Part shown: piece by piece, positions 26,138 to 34,823 of the stretch
Numbering within the stretch: the first letter of the stretch is position 1
How the letters are laid out: the number at the start of each line of letters is the position of its first letter
Assembly: GCA_964342365.1 (NCBI GenBank)
Contig: CAYFGW010000002.1
Span: forward strand, 1 to 51,903
Direction of reading: 5' to 3'
Source: an uncultured Candidatus Sericytochromatia bacterium
GTDB taxonomy: Bacteria; Cyanobacteriota; Sericytochromatia; UBA7694
Length of the DNA: 51,903 bases
Made by a program: the position numbers and the translations under genes
The notes under the pieces: generated by a model
What the model saw: only the letters and a program-made list of their open reading frames with translations
Told to the model about the DNA's origin: nothing
Database searches by the model: none

Positions 26138-26746
26138 ATGAATATCAAAACTACTTTAATCGCTTTTGCAAGTTCCGCGCTTCTGGTGAGCGCTCCCGCT
26201 TTTGCCGGTGGAAACTATCACATGGATGACTCCAATGACAAAGAAACCACCGTATCTGCAGGCGTGGTCAACAACGAAGTCACCAACATCAAGACCGAAG
26301 CCGATTTATTTATGAATCACCTGAACACAGGTGTTACCAAGCTGAAAACCTCAGACTACAATACCGCCTATCAGCAATTGAACGACGCCCGGTACTGGTT
26401 CCTCGCATTTTCTGATTCTTTAGCCACCGAATCCGGCACCTACAACTACACCTGGGACGACGCCCGGGCCATGGAAGCCAAGCTTCTGAAAGCCTACCTG
26501 GACTTAGGGCAAACCCAGCACATTGCCGGTAATTACCAGGATGCGGTAAGCACCCTGAGTGTGGCTCTGGCTTTGAACCCCATGCAGCCTGAAGCCAACT
26601 ATCAGCGCGAATTGGCTTATGAAGCCATTGTGGACGCCAACGACGCGGACATGGATGATGCGGATATGATGGTGGGCGACGATGCCAAAATCATGCCCAG
26701 TGATAACGACGACATGGACATCATGGGAAGTGGCACCAGCTACTAA
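26138..26746 (+). CDS. Secreted hypothetical protein with a TPR-like helix pair and an Asp/Met-rich tail
   Basis: 202 aa with AAGGAGG 8 nt upstream. The signal peptide reads ...LLVSAPAFA. There is a TPR-like segment GNYQDAVSTLSVALALNPMQPEANY. The tail reads DANDADMDDADMMVGDDAKIMPSDNDDMDIM. Confidence 0.5.
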   Translation: MNIKTTLIAFASSALLVSAPAFAGGNYHMDDSNDKETTVSAGVVNNEVTNIKTEADLFMNHLNTGVTKLKTSDYNTAYQQLNDARYWFLAFSDSLATESGTYNYTWDDARAMEAKLLKAYLDLGQTQHIAGNYQDAVSTLSVALALNPMQPEANYQRELAYEAIVDANDADMDDADMMVGDDAKIMPSDNDDMDIMGSGTSY

Positions 26747-26791
26747 ACACCCCATCTAGACCCTATTTCTAGAGAAGACTAGAAAAAAGAT

Positions 26792-26840
26792 AGCCGCTCT
26801 GAAAATAGCCTGACCGCTTTTTCGGAGCGGCTTCTTTATT
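26792..26840 (+). terminator. Probable terminator hairpin
   Basis: AGCCGCTC (26792..26799) pairs with GAGCGGCT (26825..26832). Alternatively, CCGCT (26814..26818) pairs with AGCGG (26826..26830). The hairpin is followed by TCTTTATT, a weak T-tract. Confidence 0.45.
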
Positions 26841-26942
26841 AGGGAGGCTTGTGCCTTACTGACAAAGTCTTTACAATTTGATCAAAGTTTATCTATATCT
26901 CTCTGTCAGAATAGAAGTATTCACTTACAAGAGGAGTTCTTT

Positions 26943-27827
26943 ATGTTTAAATTACGTTTTATGGCCCTTTCGGCTGCACTGATGATGGGATTAAGCAGTT
27001 GCGCGGGCAATTTACCCGGTAGTGAGGCCCCCAACGACGCGTTTTCGCTCCTGGCTAACGAGCAGGTTGACCAGAAACAGCATCGTCGTGGCAAGCACCA
27101 CAAGCGGGGGCATCACGGCATGATGTTCGGTTTTCTGGCACGAGATCTGAATCTGACCGATGCTCAAAAAGCTGAGTTCAAAAGTCTGATGCAGGCAGGT
27201 CGCGAAGAGCATAAGGCCATGGGCACACAAATGAAAGCTTTCAAGCAAAGTGTAAAAACCGCTTTTCTCTCTGACAGCTTTGACGCCAATGCTCTGCAAG
27301 CAGAATGGGCCCAAATCAAAGCCCAGAACACAAATCCCCACCAAAAAATGGCTGAAAAAATGGTGCAGGCCTGGAATATTCTGACCCCCGCACAACAAGC
27401 CAAAGTGGAAGAACGCATGAATAAGCTAGAAGAACGCATGGCCAGGTGGGAAGGTAAAAAGGGGGAAGGCCAAAGAGAAGGCAAACACGGTAAAAAGCTG
27501 GCTCGCCTGACCCAGGCTCTGGATTTAACCCCTGAGCAACAGGCCACCTTAAAAACCCGCTGGGAATCGAATCAGGCAGAGCGCCAGGATCGCCGGGCAC
27601 GCATGAAATCCGTTAAAAATGCGGTATTTGCTCAGCTAAAAGCCGGTGGTAGTGCCGCCGATGTGGCACAGGCCATGGCGCCCATGATGGACAGTATGGA
27701 AGGCAAATCCTCGAAGTACCTGAATCGTCTGGCAGGTTTTCACGATGTGCTCACCGCCGAACAACGCCAGAAGCTGGTGACTTTAATGGAACAGCATAAA
27801 CACAAGCGTCACCACGGACGTCGCTAA
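26943..27827 (+). CDS. Spy/CpxP/ZraP-family periplasmic protein, duplicated (four LTxxQ motifs), lipoprotein with His-rich termini
   Basis: 294 aa with lipobox MMGLSSC. The LTxxQ motifs are LTDAQKAEF, LTPAQQAKV, LTPEQQATL and LTAEQRQKL. The His-rich segments are HRRGKHHKRGHHG and HKHKRHHGRR. The stop overlaps the response regulator start. Confidence 0.7.
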   Translation: MFKLRFMALSAALMMGLSSCAGNLPGSEAPNDAFSLLANEQVDQKQHRRGKHHKRGHHGMMFGFLARDLNLTDAQKAEFKSLMQAGREEHKAMGTQMKAFKQSVKTAFLSDSFDANALQAEWAQIKAQNTNPHQKMAEKMVQAWNILTPAQQAKVEERMNKLEERMARWEGKKGEGQREGKHGKKLARLTQALDLTPEQQATLKTRWESNQAERQDRRARMKSVKNAVFAQLKAGGSAADVAQAMAPMMDSMEGKSSKYLNRLAGFHDVLTAEQRQKLVTLMEQHKHKRHHGRR

Positions 27828-28546
27828 TGCCTCACATTCACCTCATTGACGATGATGCCGCTTTACACGATTTGTTGGGCACCTACTTTAAGGACAGTGA
27901 CTGGACCCTGAGCGGCAGTGAAACGCCATCAGCGGCCTTTGCATACCTCAACGACAATGCGGTGGATCTGGTGATTCTGGACGTGATGCTACCCGAAATG
28001 GACGGGTTTGCCGTCTGTCGCGAGTTGCGGCAGCGGCAGGCCCATTTGCCCATTTTAATGCTCACCGCCCGGGGTGACGATATGAACACCATTCTGGGGT
28101 TGGAAATGGGAGCCGACGACTATATGTCCAAGCCCTTTAACCCCCGGGAATTAGAAGCCCGTATCAAAACCATTTTAAGACGCATTGAACGCTACGAAGA
28201 TCGTGAACCCGCCACCGTTCATGAAGTGTATACCTCACCCGGCTGGGATCTCAGCCTCAACGTGGATACCCGCAAGGTCAGCCTGAAAGGTGAAGACATT
28301 GAGCTGACGGCCACGGAATTCGATTTGCTCAAAATTTTAATGGCCAATCCGGGACGTGTCCTCAGCCGGGATGCGCTGATGCAGAAACTGCGGGGGTACG
28401 ACTGGGAAGTCACCGATCGCAGCGTGGATATGCACGTGAGCAAACTGCGTCAGAAGCTGGGGGATCCATCCCGCAAACCCCTCATGTTGAAAACCGTCTG
28501 GGGCGTGGGCTATGTGTTTTCTGAACCCCGCAGTAAAAAATCCTGA
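27827..28546 (+). CDS. OmpR/PhoB-family response regulator
   Basis: 239 aa. The receiver domain shows IDDD...DLVILDVMLPEMDG...KP. The winged-helix output shows LTATEFDLLKILMANPGRVLSRDAL...VDMHVSKLRQKL...WGVGYVF. Confidence 0.9.
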   Translation: MPHIHLIDDDAALHDLLGTYFKDSDWTLSGSETPSAAFAYLNDNAVDLVILDVMLPEMDGFAVCRELRQRQAHLPILMLTARGDDMNTILGLEMGADDYMSKPFNPRELEARIKTILRRIERYEDREPATVHEVYTSPGWDLSLNVDTRKVSLKGEDIELTATEFDLLKILMANPGRVLSRDALMQKLRGYDWEVTDRSVDMHVSKLRQKLGDPSRKPLMLKTVWGVGYVFSEPRSKKS

Positions 28547-29899
28547 ATGCAGCGGCTTTACCGTCAGGTCTATTTGTATACCGTGGCCGTGGTTATGATG
28601 AGCATGTTGCTGGCTACCGGTGTGGCTGGACTGGTGTTCAACCGCAGAGAACAGGGACTCATTAAGCAGATTATTCGCAGTCAGGTGGTGTTTATTCGCC
28701 AGGAAGTTCAGAAGGTCCAGCGTACGGATCCCCGGCGTTTGCCCCAGCGTCTGGCGGAATTATCAAAACAATTGAGCTGGGATATGGCGTACTGGTACGA
28801 CGGTCAGCTCCTCTACAGCTCTGTGGCTAACCCACCACCGGTACAAGAGCTCAGAACCACCCGTCAACTGCGCAGTCGCACCTTCTGGTGGACCCACAGA
28901 AACGGTCACCAGACCGCCATTGCCCTGCGGGTCTTTCCCCGCTCCCGCAAAGGGCTTCTCTGGCTGGAACCCCGTTGGGGAGCTGTAGGCAAGGGGCTTC
29001 TCAAAGGACCCTTACTGGGGCTTACTCTTCTGCTGGTCTTTCTGGGGCTTTTACTGATTCCCTTGACCCGTTTTTTACTGCGCCCCTACCGGGAGCTGCA
29101 ATGGTCTATTGAGCGGCTGTCCGGGGGCAATTTTCATGAGGAAATTGAGCCGGAAAAATACAAAGCCTTTGCTCCCTTACTCATGTCCTTTAACCAGATG
29201 CAGCAGCATGTTCAGGGCATGATTCAGCAAAAACAGCGTTTAGTGGCCGATGTCTCCCACGAATTGCGTTCTCCTCTTACCCGCATGCGGGTGGCTCTTG
29301 AAATTTTACGCACCAAAAACGATCCCAAACTGATTGAGCAGGCCATTCAGGAAATTGAAGAACTCGACCATATTATTGAAGATGTGTTAGAGGTGTCGCG
29401 CCTGCAGTTAAAGGGCCTACAACTGGCTTATGAGCCGGTGGATCTCACGCTCTTCTTTTTTGAACTGCTTGAAGATTACGAACTGAGTTTTGAAAAGCAT
29501 GACTTTTCGCTGGAGGTTCAGATGCCCGAAGAAAGCCTCTGGCTCCATGCGGACCCCCGCTTACTGAAGCGTCTGTTTAGCAATCTGCTTAGCAACGCCC
29601 TCAAATACGTGCCCGGGCCAGCCACCCTGTCTCTGAGCCTCTCAAAGCAAAGTGAGCAGGTGTACATTCAGCTTCAGGACACGGGGCCGGGGATTGCCCC
29701 CGATCACTTAAAACACATCTTTACGCCTTTTTACCGTTTAGAAGATTCTCGCCACCGCAACAAGGGCGGCGTGGGACTGGGACTGGCCATTGCCTACGAA
29801 ATTGTACAGGCCCACGGAGGGCACATTCGCCTGACCAATAAAACGGCTCCCCATACGGGACTGATTTACGATATTGAATTGCCCATCGACCGTCCTTAG
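28547..29899 (+). CDS. Sensor histidine kinase (two TM, HAMP, HisKA, HATPase_c)
   Basis: 450 aa. The H-box is VSHELRSPLT, the N-box is LLSNALKY, G1 is DTGPGI and G2 is GGVGLGLAI. Confidence 0.9.
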   Translation: MQRLYRQVYLYTVAVVMMSMLLATGVAGLVFNRREQGLIKQIIRSQVVFIRQEVQKVQRTDPRRLPQRLAELSKQLSWDMAYWYDGQLLYSSVANPPPVQELRTTRQLRSRTFWWTHRNGHQTAIALRVFPRSRKGLLWLEPRWGAVGKGLLKGPLLGLTLLLVFLGLLLIPLTRFLLRPYRELQWSIERLSGGNFHEEIEPEKYKAFAPLLMSFNQMQQHVQGMIQQKQRLVADVSHELRSPLTRMRVALEILRTKNDPKLIEQAIQEIEELDHIIEDVLEVSRLQLKGLQLAYEPVDLTLFFFELLEDYELSFEKHDFSLEVQMPEESLWLHADPRLLKRLFSNLLSNALKYVPGPATLSLSLSKQSEQVYIQLQDTGPGIAPDHLKHIFTPFYRLEDSRHRNKGGVGLGLAIAYEIVQAHGGHIRLTNKTAPHTGLIYDIELPIDRP

Positions 29900-30076
29900 C
29901 ACAAGGTTTAAAATAAGTCGCTCAGCCCTTTTATACAATTTTTATGCAAAATATTTAGCCCTTTGCGATATTTTTATGAGTCATTGGGTATAACACTAAT
30001 AAGCAAACAAACTTCTCCAAATTTGCCTCTTGTTTGCCAACGTTAACATAGTTAACGGATTATCAACGGGTGATAC

Positions 30077-30113
30077 GGACAGAAGAAAAAGGTCATTCTT
30101 CTGTCCTTTTTTT
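30077..30113 (+). terminator. Rho-independent terminator (ends the two-component operon; lies 31 nt before the speH-speE start)
   Basis: Perfect 10-bp stem GGACAGAAGA (30077..30086) / TCTTCTGTCC (30097..30106), followed by T7 (30107..30113). Confidence 0.8.
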
Positions 30114-30143
30114 CATGGCAACAACCCGTGCTATGCTGAAGTT

Positions 30144-31211
30144 ATGAAAGCCTTTGGAAGCCAAATCATTGCGGAGTTTGTTCACTGCTCGGCCCCCCTG
30201 CTGCACCGTCAAAAAGACATAGAAGCCCTGCTGACTGAGGGCATTCAAAAATTTAAGCTGGAACTCAAATCTATAAATAGTTACCAGTTTGAACCCGCTG
30301 GCGTCACCGCCATTGCCATTATTGGCGCTTCTCACGTGGCGGTACACACCTATCCCGAAGCGGGGCATTTGTCTCTGGATATTTTCACCTGTTCTCCGGG
30401 GGCACCGGGACCCATGCAATTGATGCATTTTTTAAAAGAGCGCCTGCAACCGGAATACGTACGTCACAAGGTGCTTTCCCGGGGACGCAGCGTGCACGTG
30501 GATCACAAAGACTATATTACCGATCTTACCCACAGCGGTTTTAATACCCAATACCAGATTGAAAAGGAACGCATCAATAAGCGTACCGCCTATCAACATC
30601 TGATGATTATTGAAAATAAAACCTTTGGGGCCATGATGTTTCTGGACAACCAGCTTCAGATCGCTGAATCTGATGCCCACCTGTATAATCAGGCCCTGGT
30701 AGCCCCCCTGAAAAACCGCCGTCGAGTGTTGATCTTAGGCGGCGGAGACGGAGGCGTTTTGAACCATTTGTTGGCCACAGGCGCACAAGAAGTGGTGATG
30801 GTAGATATTGACGCTGAAGTGGTGGCTGCCGCTCAAAAACACTTGCCCGAGGTGTGCGGCACCGCTTTTGCAGATTCCCGAAGCGAGATCGTTATTGAAG
30901 AAGCGAGATCGTACCTGAAAGCCTGTGATTCGCAGTGTTTTGACAGCGTCATTTACGATCTCACCATGGAGCCTGAAGCCGTGGCCAGAGAAAATGGCGA
31001 ACAGTTTTTTGAAGACCTCTTTGACGGCATTGAGTACGTGTTACGTCCCGGAGGTTTCATTTCACTTCAGGTGGGTTCCCATTTTGATACCCGTGCACAG
31101 CAGCGGGCCCACCGTTTGCTCAACAGTCGCTTTAAAGTACCCCACTTTGAAACTGTGTTTATTCCATCCTTTTGTGAAGGCTGGGTGTTTGGTCACGCCC
31201 TGAAAACTTAA
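30144..31211 (+). CDS. Bifunctional fusion: pyruvoyl S-adenosylmethionine decarboxylase (SpeH/SpeD-type) + spermidine synthase-like aminopropyltransferase
   Basis: The track ORF begins at a TTG (30030) upstream of the terminator, so ATG 30144 (MKAFGSQIIAEF) is preferred. The N-terminal part has GVTAIAIIGASHVAVHTYPEAGHLSLDIFTC, the AdoMetDC proenzyme motif. The C-terminal part has FGAMMFLDNQLQIAESDAHLYNQALV, VLILGGGDGGVLNHLL and VVMVDIDAEVV, matching spermidine synthase. Confidence 0.8.
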   Translation: MKAFGSQIIAEFVHCSAPLLHRQKDIEALLTEGIQKFKLELKSINSYQFEPAGVTAIAIIGASHVAVHTYPEAGHLSLDIFTCSPGAPGPMQLMHFLKERLQPEYVRHKVLSRGRSVHVDHKDYITDLTHSGFNTQYQIEKERINKRTAYQHLMIIENKTFGAMMFLDNQLQIAESDAHLYNQALVAPLKNRRRVLILGGGDGGVLNHLLATGAQEVVMVDIDAEVVAAAQKHLPEVCGTAFADSRSEIVIEEARSYLKACDSQCFDSVIYDLTMEPEAVARENGEQFFEDLFDGIEYVLRPGGFISLQVGSHFDTRAQQRAHRLLNSRFKVPHFETVFIPSFCEGWVFGHALKT

Positions 31212-31219
31212 AAAGAATT

Positions 31220-32950
31220 TTAAAGGGGGGTATAGGGGTGTCTGTTGTCAAATAAGAAAGGGGTATTGATGCTGCAAAAAGGTAGCACCTTTTGTTTGAA
31301 ATCGAAGGCTTCGCGGTAAAAATCAGTTTTGATATCCAACTGTTCACGATATGTGTCCACGTCATTCAAATGGGTAAAGTCATGCCAGAGACGGGCATAG
31401 CTGGTGTCAAACAGCATTTTAATCAGTTGCTGAACGGGCTGTACGGGAAAGTCCTCTTCAAACAGCTCTACGTATTTTTGTACCACTTCCTGCACCATAA
31501 TAAGCCAGACAGAACTAATGTCCTGCTGCATAAATGCACTGCTATCATCCAGAGTAACCGACGATAAAATTTCGTTTGTACAAGCCACCTCATATAGTGA
31601 AATCGCAAAAATATGTGAAAGGGTATCGTGCAAACCGTATACGGCATCGGCGGGTAAATAGGGATCGGTGCTTCCCAGGGCCTTAAAAACGGCTTTGCGC
31701 GCTACAAAATGAGGAGTGGCAGAACGCATGGGGATGATGCGTTGTAGTTCCGTTTTGGGGTCAATAATCTGCGCCTCTTTATAAAAGGGTCCTACGTCTC
31801 GCGGTGGGCTGTCCGTATTAGAAACCACCTGCTTGCCACTATACACCATGCTAATCCAGGGGTATTTTTCAAAAAGCTCCAGTGAGCGTTTGGCGTGATC
31901 TTCCCACACATAATCATCATCTGCACAAAAACACACCAATTCCGTGGGCGCCTCATGAATGACTTTTTGCAGATGTTTAAAAATGGCCTGTACTCCCGTA
32001 TTCACATCTTCACGGTGTACGCGAATACGATCGGGACGCTGTTGCTGGATTTCGGCAATACACGCCTGCATTTCAGGGCCAGAACCATGATCAAAAATAG
32101 TGAAATACCAGTTATCACTACTTTGATCCAGAATATGCTGGGCAGCCCGCTTGAATTTTTCGATACGCTGATAGGTGGTCAAAATATAAGTGAGGGCGTA
32201 TTCCTCCAGAGGCGGTTGAATCCGCAAATACCCCACGTGTTGCTCTTGCCAGAACCGCAACCGCTCAGCAATGGTCTCGGGGAAGCTGTCAAAATACCGC
32301 TTAAACAGAGACAAACACAAATGCGCGCCCTCATGGCCAGGTTGAGACATCAAAAGCTGTAAAGCTGGCTCCTGCACTGCTTTACGCCAGGCAAAATGAA
32401 AACCATGCTTGTAAAGGGCTGCGTGTTGCAATACTTCAAACACCTCAAGCTGTTTGGCGGTGGCTTGCTCTGCCTCAAGTAACTCAAGCAGCTCACTCTT
32501 GACTTCTTTTTCCCAGACGCTGCGTGGCACCCAGGATGTGGCTATCTTGGTGTCCACAATTTGCTGAATACAGGCCTCATCCAGAGCGATTCCTGCTTCA
32601 TCCAGAGCCTCAATTTTATCGATATGGGCATCGGAAAACTCTAACAAGGTTTCATTGGATTCCAAAGAAAAGGTATCGGGAATGGGAATAAACAAAGTGT
32701 CTGATGAAATCTCAGGCTCTGTGCTGTGATACCAGGTAATGTTTAAGGTGATGTCTTCTGAAGTGGTTTTTTCAAAATAGTGGCCTTCCCGAAAAACACG
32801 CACCAGATTCATTTGAATATCTGCGCGCTGTCTGAGGGTATAAGGTGCGTAAAAATGAAGGTGCATGGGCTTAGACAGCTCTGCCAGATAGCGGAAGCAC
32901 TGCAAGAGAAAAGTCCGATCGTCTCCCATATAAATCACAATATGCTGCAT
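31220..32950 (-). CDS. Large protein with an internal GT-A (family 2-like) glycosyltransferase domain, tentative
   Basis: 576 aa. The central region FTIFDHGSGPEMQACIAEI...VNTGVQAIFKHL...LVCFCADDDYVWED resembles a GT2 nucleotide-binding/DxD core. It is the last gene of the sugar operon. Confidence 0.45.
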   Translation of the reverse strand: MQHIVIYMGDDRTFLLQCFRYLAELSKPMHLHFYAPYTLRQRADIQMNLVRVFREGHYFEKTTSEDITLNITWYHSTEPEISSDTLFIPIPDTFSLESNETLLEFSDAHIDKIEALDEAGIALDEACIQQIVDTKIATSWVPRSVWEKEVKSELLELLEAEQATAKQLEVFEVLQHAALYKHGFHFAWRKAVQEPALQLLMSQPGHEGAHLCLSLFKRYFDSFPETIAERLRFWQEQHVGYLRIQPPLEEYALTYILTTYQRIEKFKRAAQHILDQSSDNWYFTIFDHGSGPEMQACIAEIQQQRPDRIRVHREDVNTGVQAIFKHLQKVIHEAPTELVCFCADDDYVWEDHAKRSLELFEKYPWISMVYSGKQVVSNTDSPPRDVGPFYKEAQIIDPKTELQRIIPMRSATPHFVARKAVFKALGSTDPYLPADAVYGLHDTLSHIFAISLYEVACTNEILSSVTLDDSSAFMQQDISSVWLIMVQEVVQKYVELFEEDFPVQPVQQLIKMLFDTSYARLWHDFTHLNDVDTYREQLDIKTDFYREAFDFKQKVLPFCSINTPFLFDNRHPYTPL

Positions 32951-32952
32951 GG

Positions 32953-34089
32953 TTAACCTCTTATAACGTGTTGAATACGATCACAAACGTACGCCAACTC
33001 AGCGTCGGATAAAGAAAGAGCGCTGGGCAGATTGATCCCCCGGGGAGATAAATCATAACTGACGGTATTTTCTTCGCGGGCCCGCTCCTGATCACGTGCC
33101 TCTGCGTAGGCCGGTAAACTGCTCAGAGGGTAAAACATGGGACGCGTGTCAATCTGATATGACCGCAAAGCTTGCTGAAAGGCTTCCTTATCCAGGGGCA
33201 CATCCGCGTCCAGGAGCAGTGTACTCATCCAATAGGAATTCAGGGTTTCCGGAGGCTCCGGGTTCAGCTGCACCGGCAAATGTTGCAGACTCTGCTGGTA
33301 ATGGTCAAAAATGGCGCGTTTTTTTTGCACAAGGGCATCGGCTCGCTCCACCTGCGCCAGTCCAAGGGCCGCCTGTAAACTGCTCATTTTATATTTATAA
33401 GCCACTTCCTGATTCCAGAAGCTTTTATCGCCAGGATGGCGTCCGTGGTCCCGTAAAATGAGCACGCGCTGGTAAAAATCCGGATCGTCGGTCACCAGCA
33501 TGCCGCCCTCTCCGGTGGTCATGGTTTTAGAACCGTGAAAGCTGAACGTGGCCGCCAACCCAAAACTACCCGCTTTTTTTCCCTTGTATTCTGAACCAAA
33601 GGCTTCCGCGGCATCTTCAATCAGGGGAATACGGTGTGCTTCACACAAAGAGAGCAGTGCATCGTAATGGGGCATATTGCCATAAAGATCTACCGCAATA
33701 ATCGCGCGGGTTTTTGGCGTGATCAGACGGGCTACAGATTCAGCACTGAGACACCAGGTTTCTGCATCCACATCGGCAAAGACCGGCGTGGCCCCCAGAT
33801 AGCGAATGGGGGCACTGGAGGCAATCCAGGTCAAATCGGGCACAATCACCTCATCACCGGGAGCCAGATCCAGAGCTGCCAGAGACAGGTGCAGAGCCGA
33901 GGTGCAGGAGGGCAAGCTCACGGCATAGCGTCTGTTCACATAGGCCGCAAAACGTTCCTCAAAACGCTGGTTGTAAAGATTTGCGTTCTGATACCAGGCG
34001 TTTTCAAGAGCGTCCTGCACGTACTTTTGTTCCAAATCCGTAATCCAGGGACCGGCAATGGGAACCGGTAGATTCAAGGTTTCTGACAT
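32953..34089 (-). CDS. DegT/DnrJ/EryC1/StrS-family PLP-dependent sugar aminotransferase
   Basis: 378 aa with FEERFAAYVNRRYAVSLPSCTSALHL, IIAVDLYG and FSFHGSKTMTTGEGGML. The catalytic Lys is retained, which indicates a transaminase rather than an E1-type dehydratase. Confidence 0.9.
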   Translation of the reverse strand: MSETLNLPVPIAGPWITDLEQKYVQDALENAWYQNANLYNQRFEERFAAYVNRRYAVSLPSCTSALHLSLAALDLAPGDEVIVPDLTWIASSAPIRYLGATPVFADVDAETWCLSAESVARLITPKTRAIIAVDLYGNMPHYDALLSLCEAHRIPLIEDAAEAFGSEYKGKKAGSFGLAATFSFHGSKTMTTGEGGMLVTDDPDFYQRVLILRDHGRHPGDKSFWNQEVAYKYKMSSLQAALGLAQVERADALVQKKRAIFDHYQQSLQHLPVQLNPEPPETLNSYWMSTLLLDADVPLDKEAFQQALRSYQIDTRPMFYPLSSLPAYAEARDQERAREENTVSYDLSPRGINLPSALSLSDAELAYVCDRIQHVIRG

Positions 34090-34823
34090 TTTAAATACCC
34101 CCCCGGCGCCGCCGAAATCAGAAGCTTATGGTCAATACGCCTGTCCACAGAAAAGTGAGGATTTTCCTCCAGATAGGCATTCACCGCCGTCTGGGGATTG
34201 TTCCCGATTCCCCAGGTGCTATTCTCAAAAAAGTCTGCGGGCATGTGCTCAATCAGCGTGTCCATGACGATACAATAACTGCCGTCTGTCACCAGCGGAG
34301 CATAGGCCTGCAGCTCTTGCAATACGTGTTCATGGGTGTGATTGGAATCCAGAATCACCATAATCCGCTGTTTATTTGCGGCGTGTTCATGCACCTGTTC
34401 AATCGTATCGGCACTCACAGAAGACCCTTCAAGCAAACGCACCCGATGGAAATAAGGATGGTTTTCGATTTCTGTGCGATTGTGCGCCCGGATATCGATA
34501 TCAATCCCCAGTACATAAGCTTCTTCTCCAGGATGAATCAGCTCCAATAGCGATGCATAAAAGAGAATGGATCCCCCATGGGCCACACCGGTTTCAATAA
34601 TCAAATCGGGCTTGATTTGCCAGATCAATTCCTGGGTGGCAATCATGTCCTGAGGGAACTGAATGGCCGGACGTCCCAGCCAGGTAAAATGATAGGCGTA
34701 CTTATGACGGGTAATTTCCCGTAACCAGATCCGAGACAACCCCTGAACATCGGCGTCTTTGCCCATGTTTTCTATTTCTGCGTCGCCCTCTTCAAAAAAG
34801 CGCTGAATGTTAGGATGCATCAA
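34074..34823 (-). CDS. CmcI (cephalosporin hydroxylase)-family class I methyltransferase
   Basis: 249 aa. HFTWLGRPAIQFPQDMIATQELIWQIKPDLIIETGVAHGGSILFYA matches the CmcI-family signature. Confidence 0.75.
   Translation of the reverse strand: MMHPNIQRFFEEGDAEIENMGKDADVQGLSRIWLREITRHKYAYHFTWLGRPAIQFPQDMIATQELIWQIKPDLIIETGVAHGGSILFYASLLELIHPGEEAYVLGIDIDIRAHNRTEIENHPYFHRVRLLEGSSVSADTIEQVHEHAANKQRIMVILDSNHTHEHVLQELQAYAPLVTDGSYCIVMDTLIEHMPADFFENSTWGIGNNPQTAVNAYLEENPHFSVDRRIDHKLLISAAPGGYLKCQKP

Noticed and set aside
26792-26832. Two mutually exclusive hairpins (AGCCGCTC or CCGCT pairing with the same 3' arm) as a transcription attenuator
   Set aside because: They lie downstream of a gene rather than in a leader, the stems are short, and a simple terminator is the more economical explanation.
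30030-30143. TTG-initiated 38-codon extension of the AdoMetDC-spermidine synthase ORF
   Set aside because: It spans the palindrome and the 30077..30113 terminator. The AdoMetDC domain begins right at ATG 30144.
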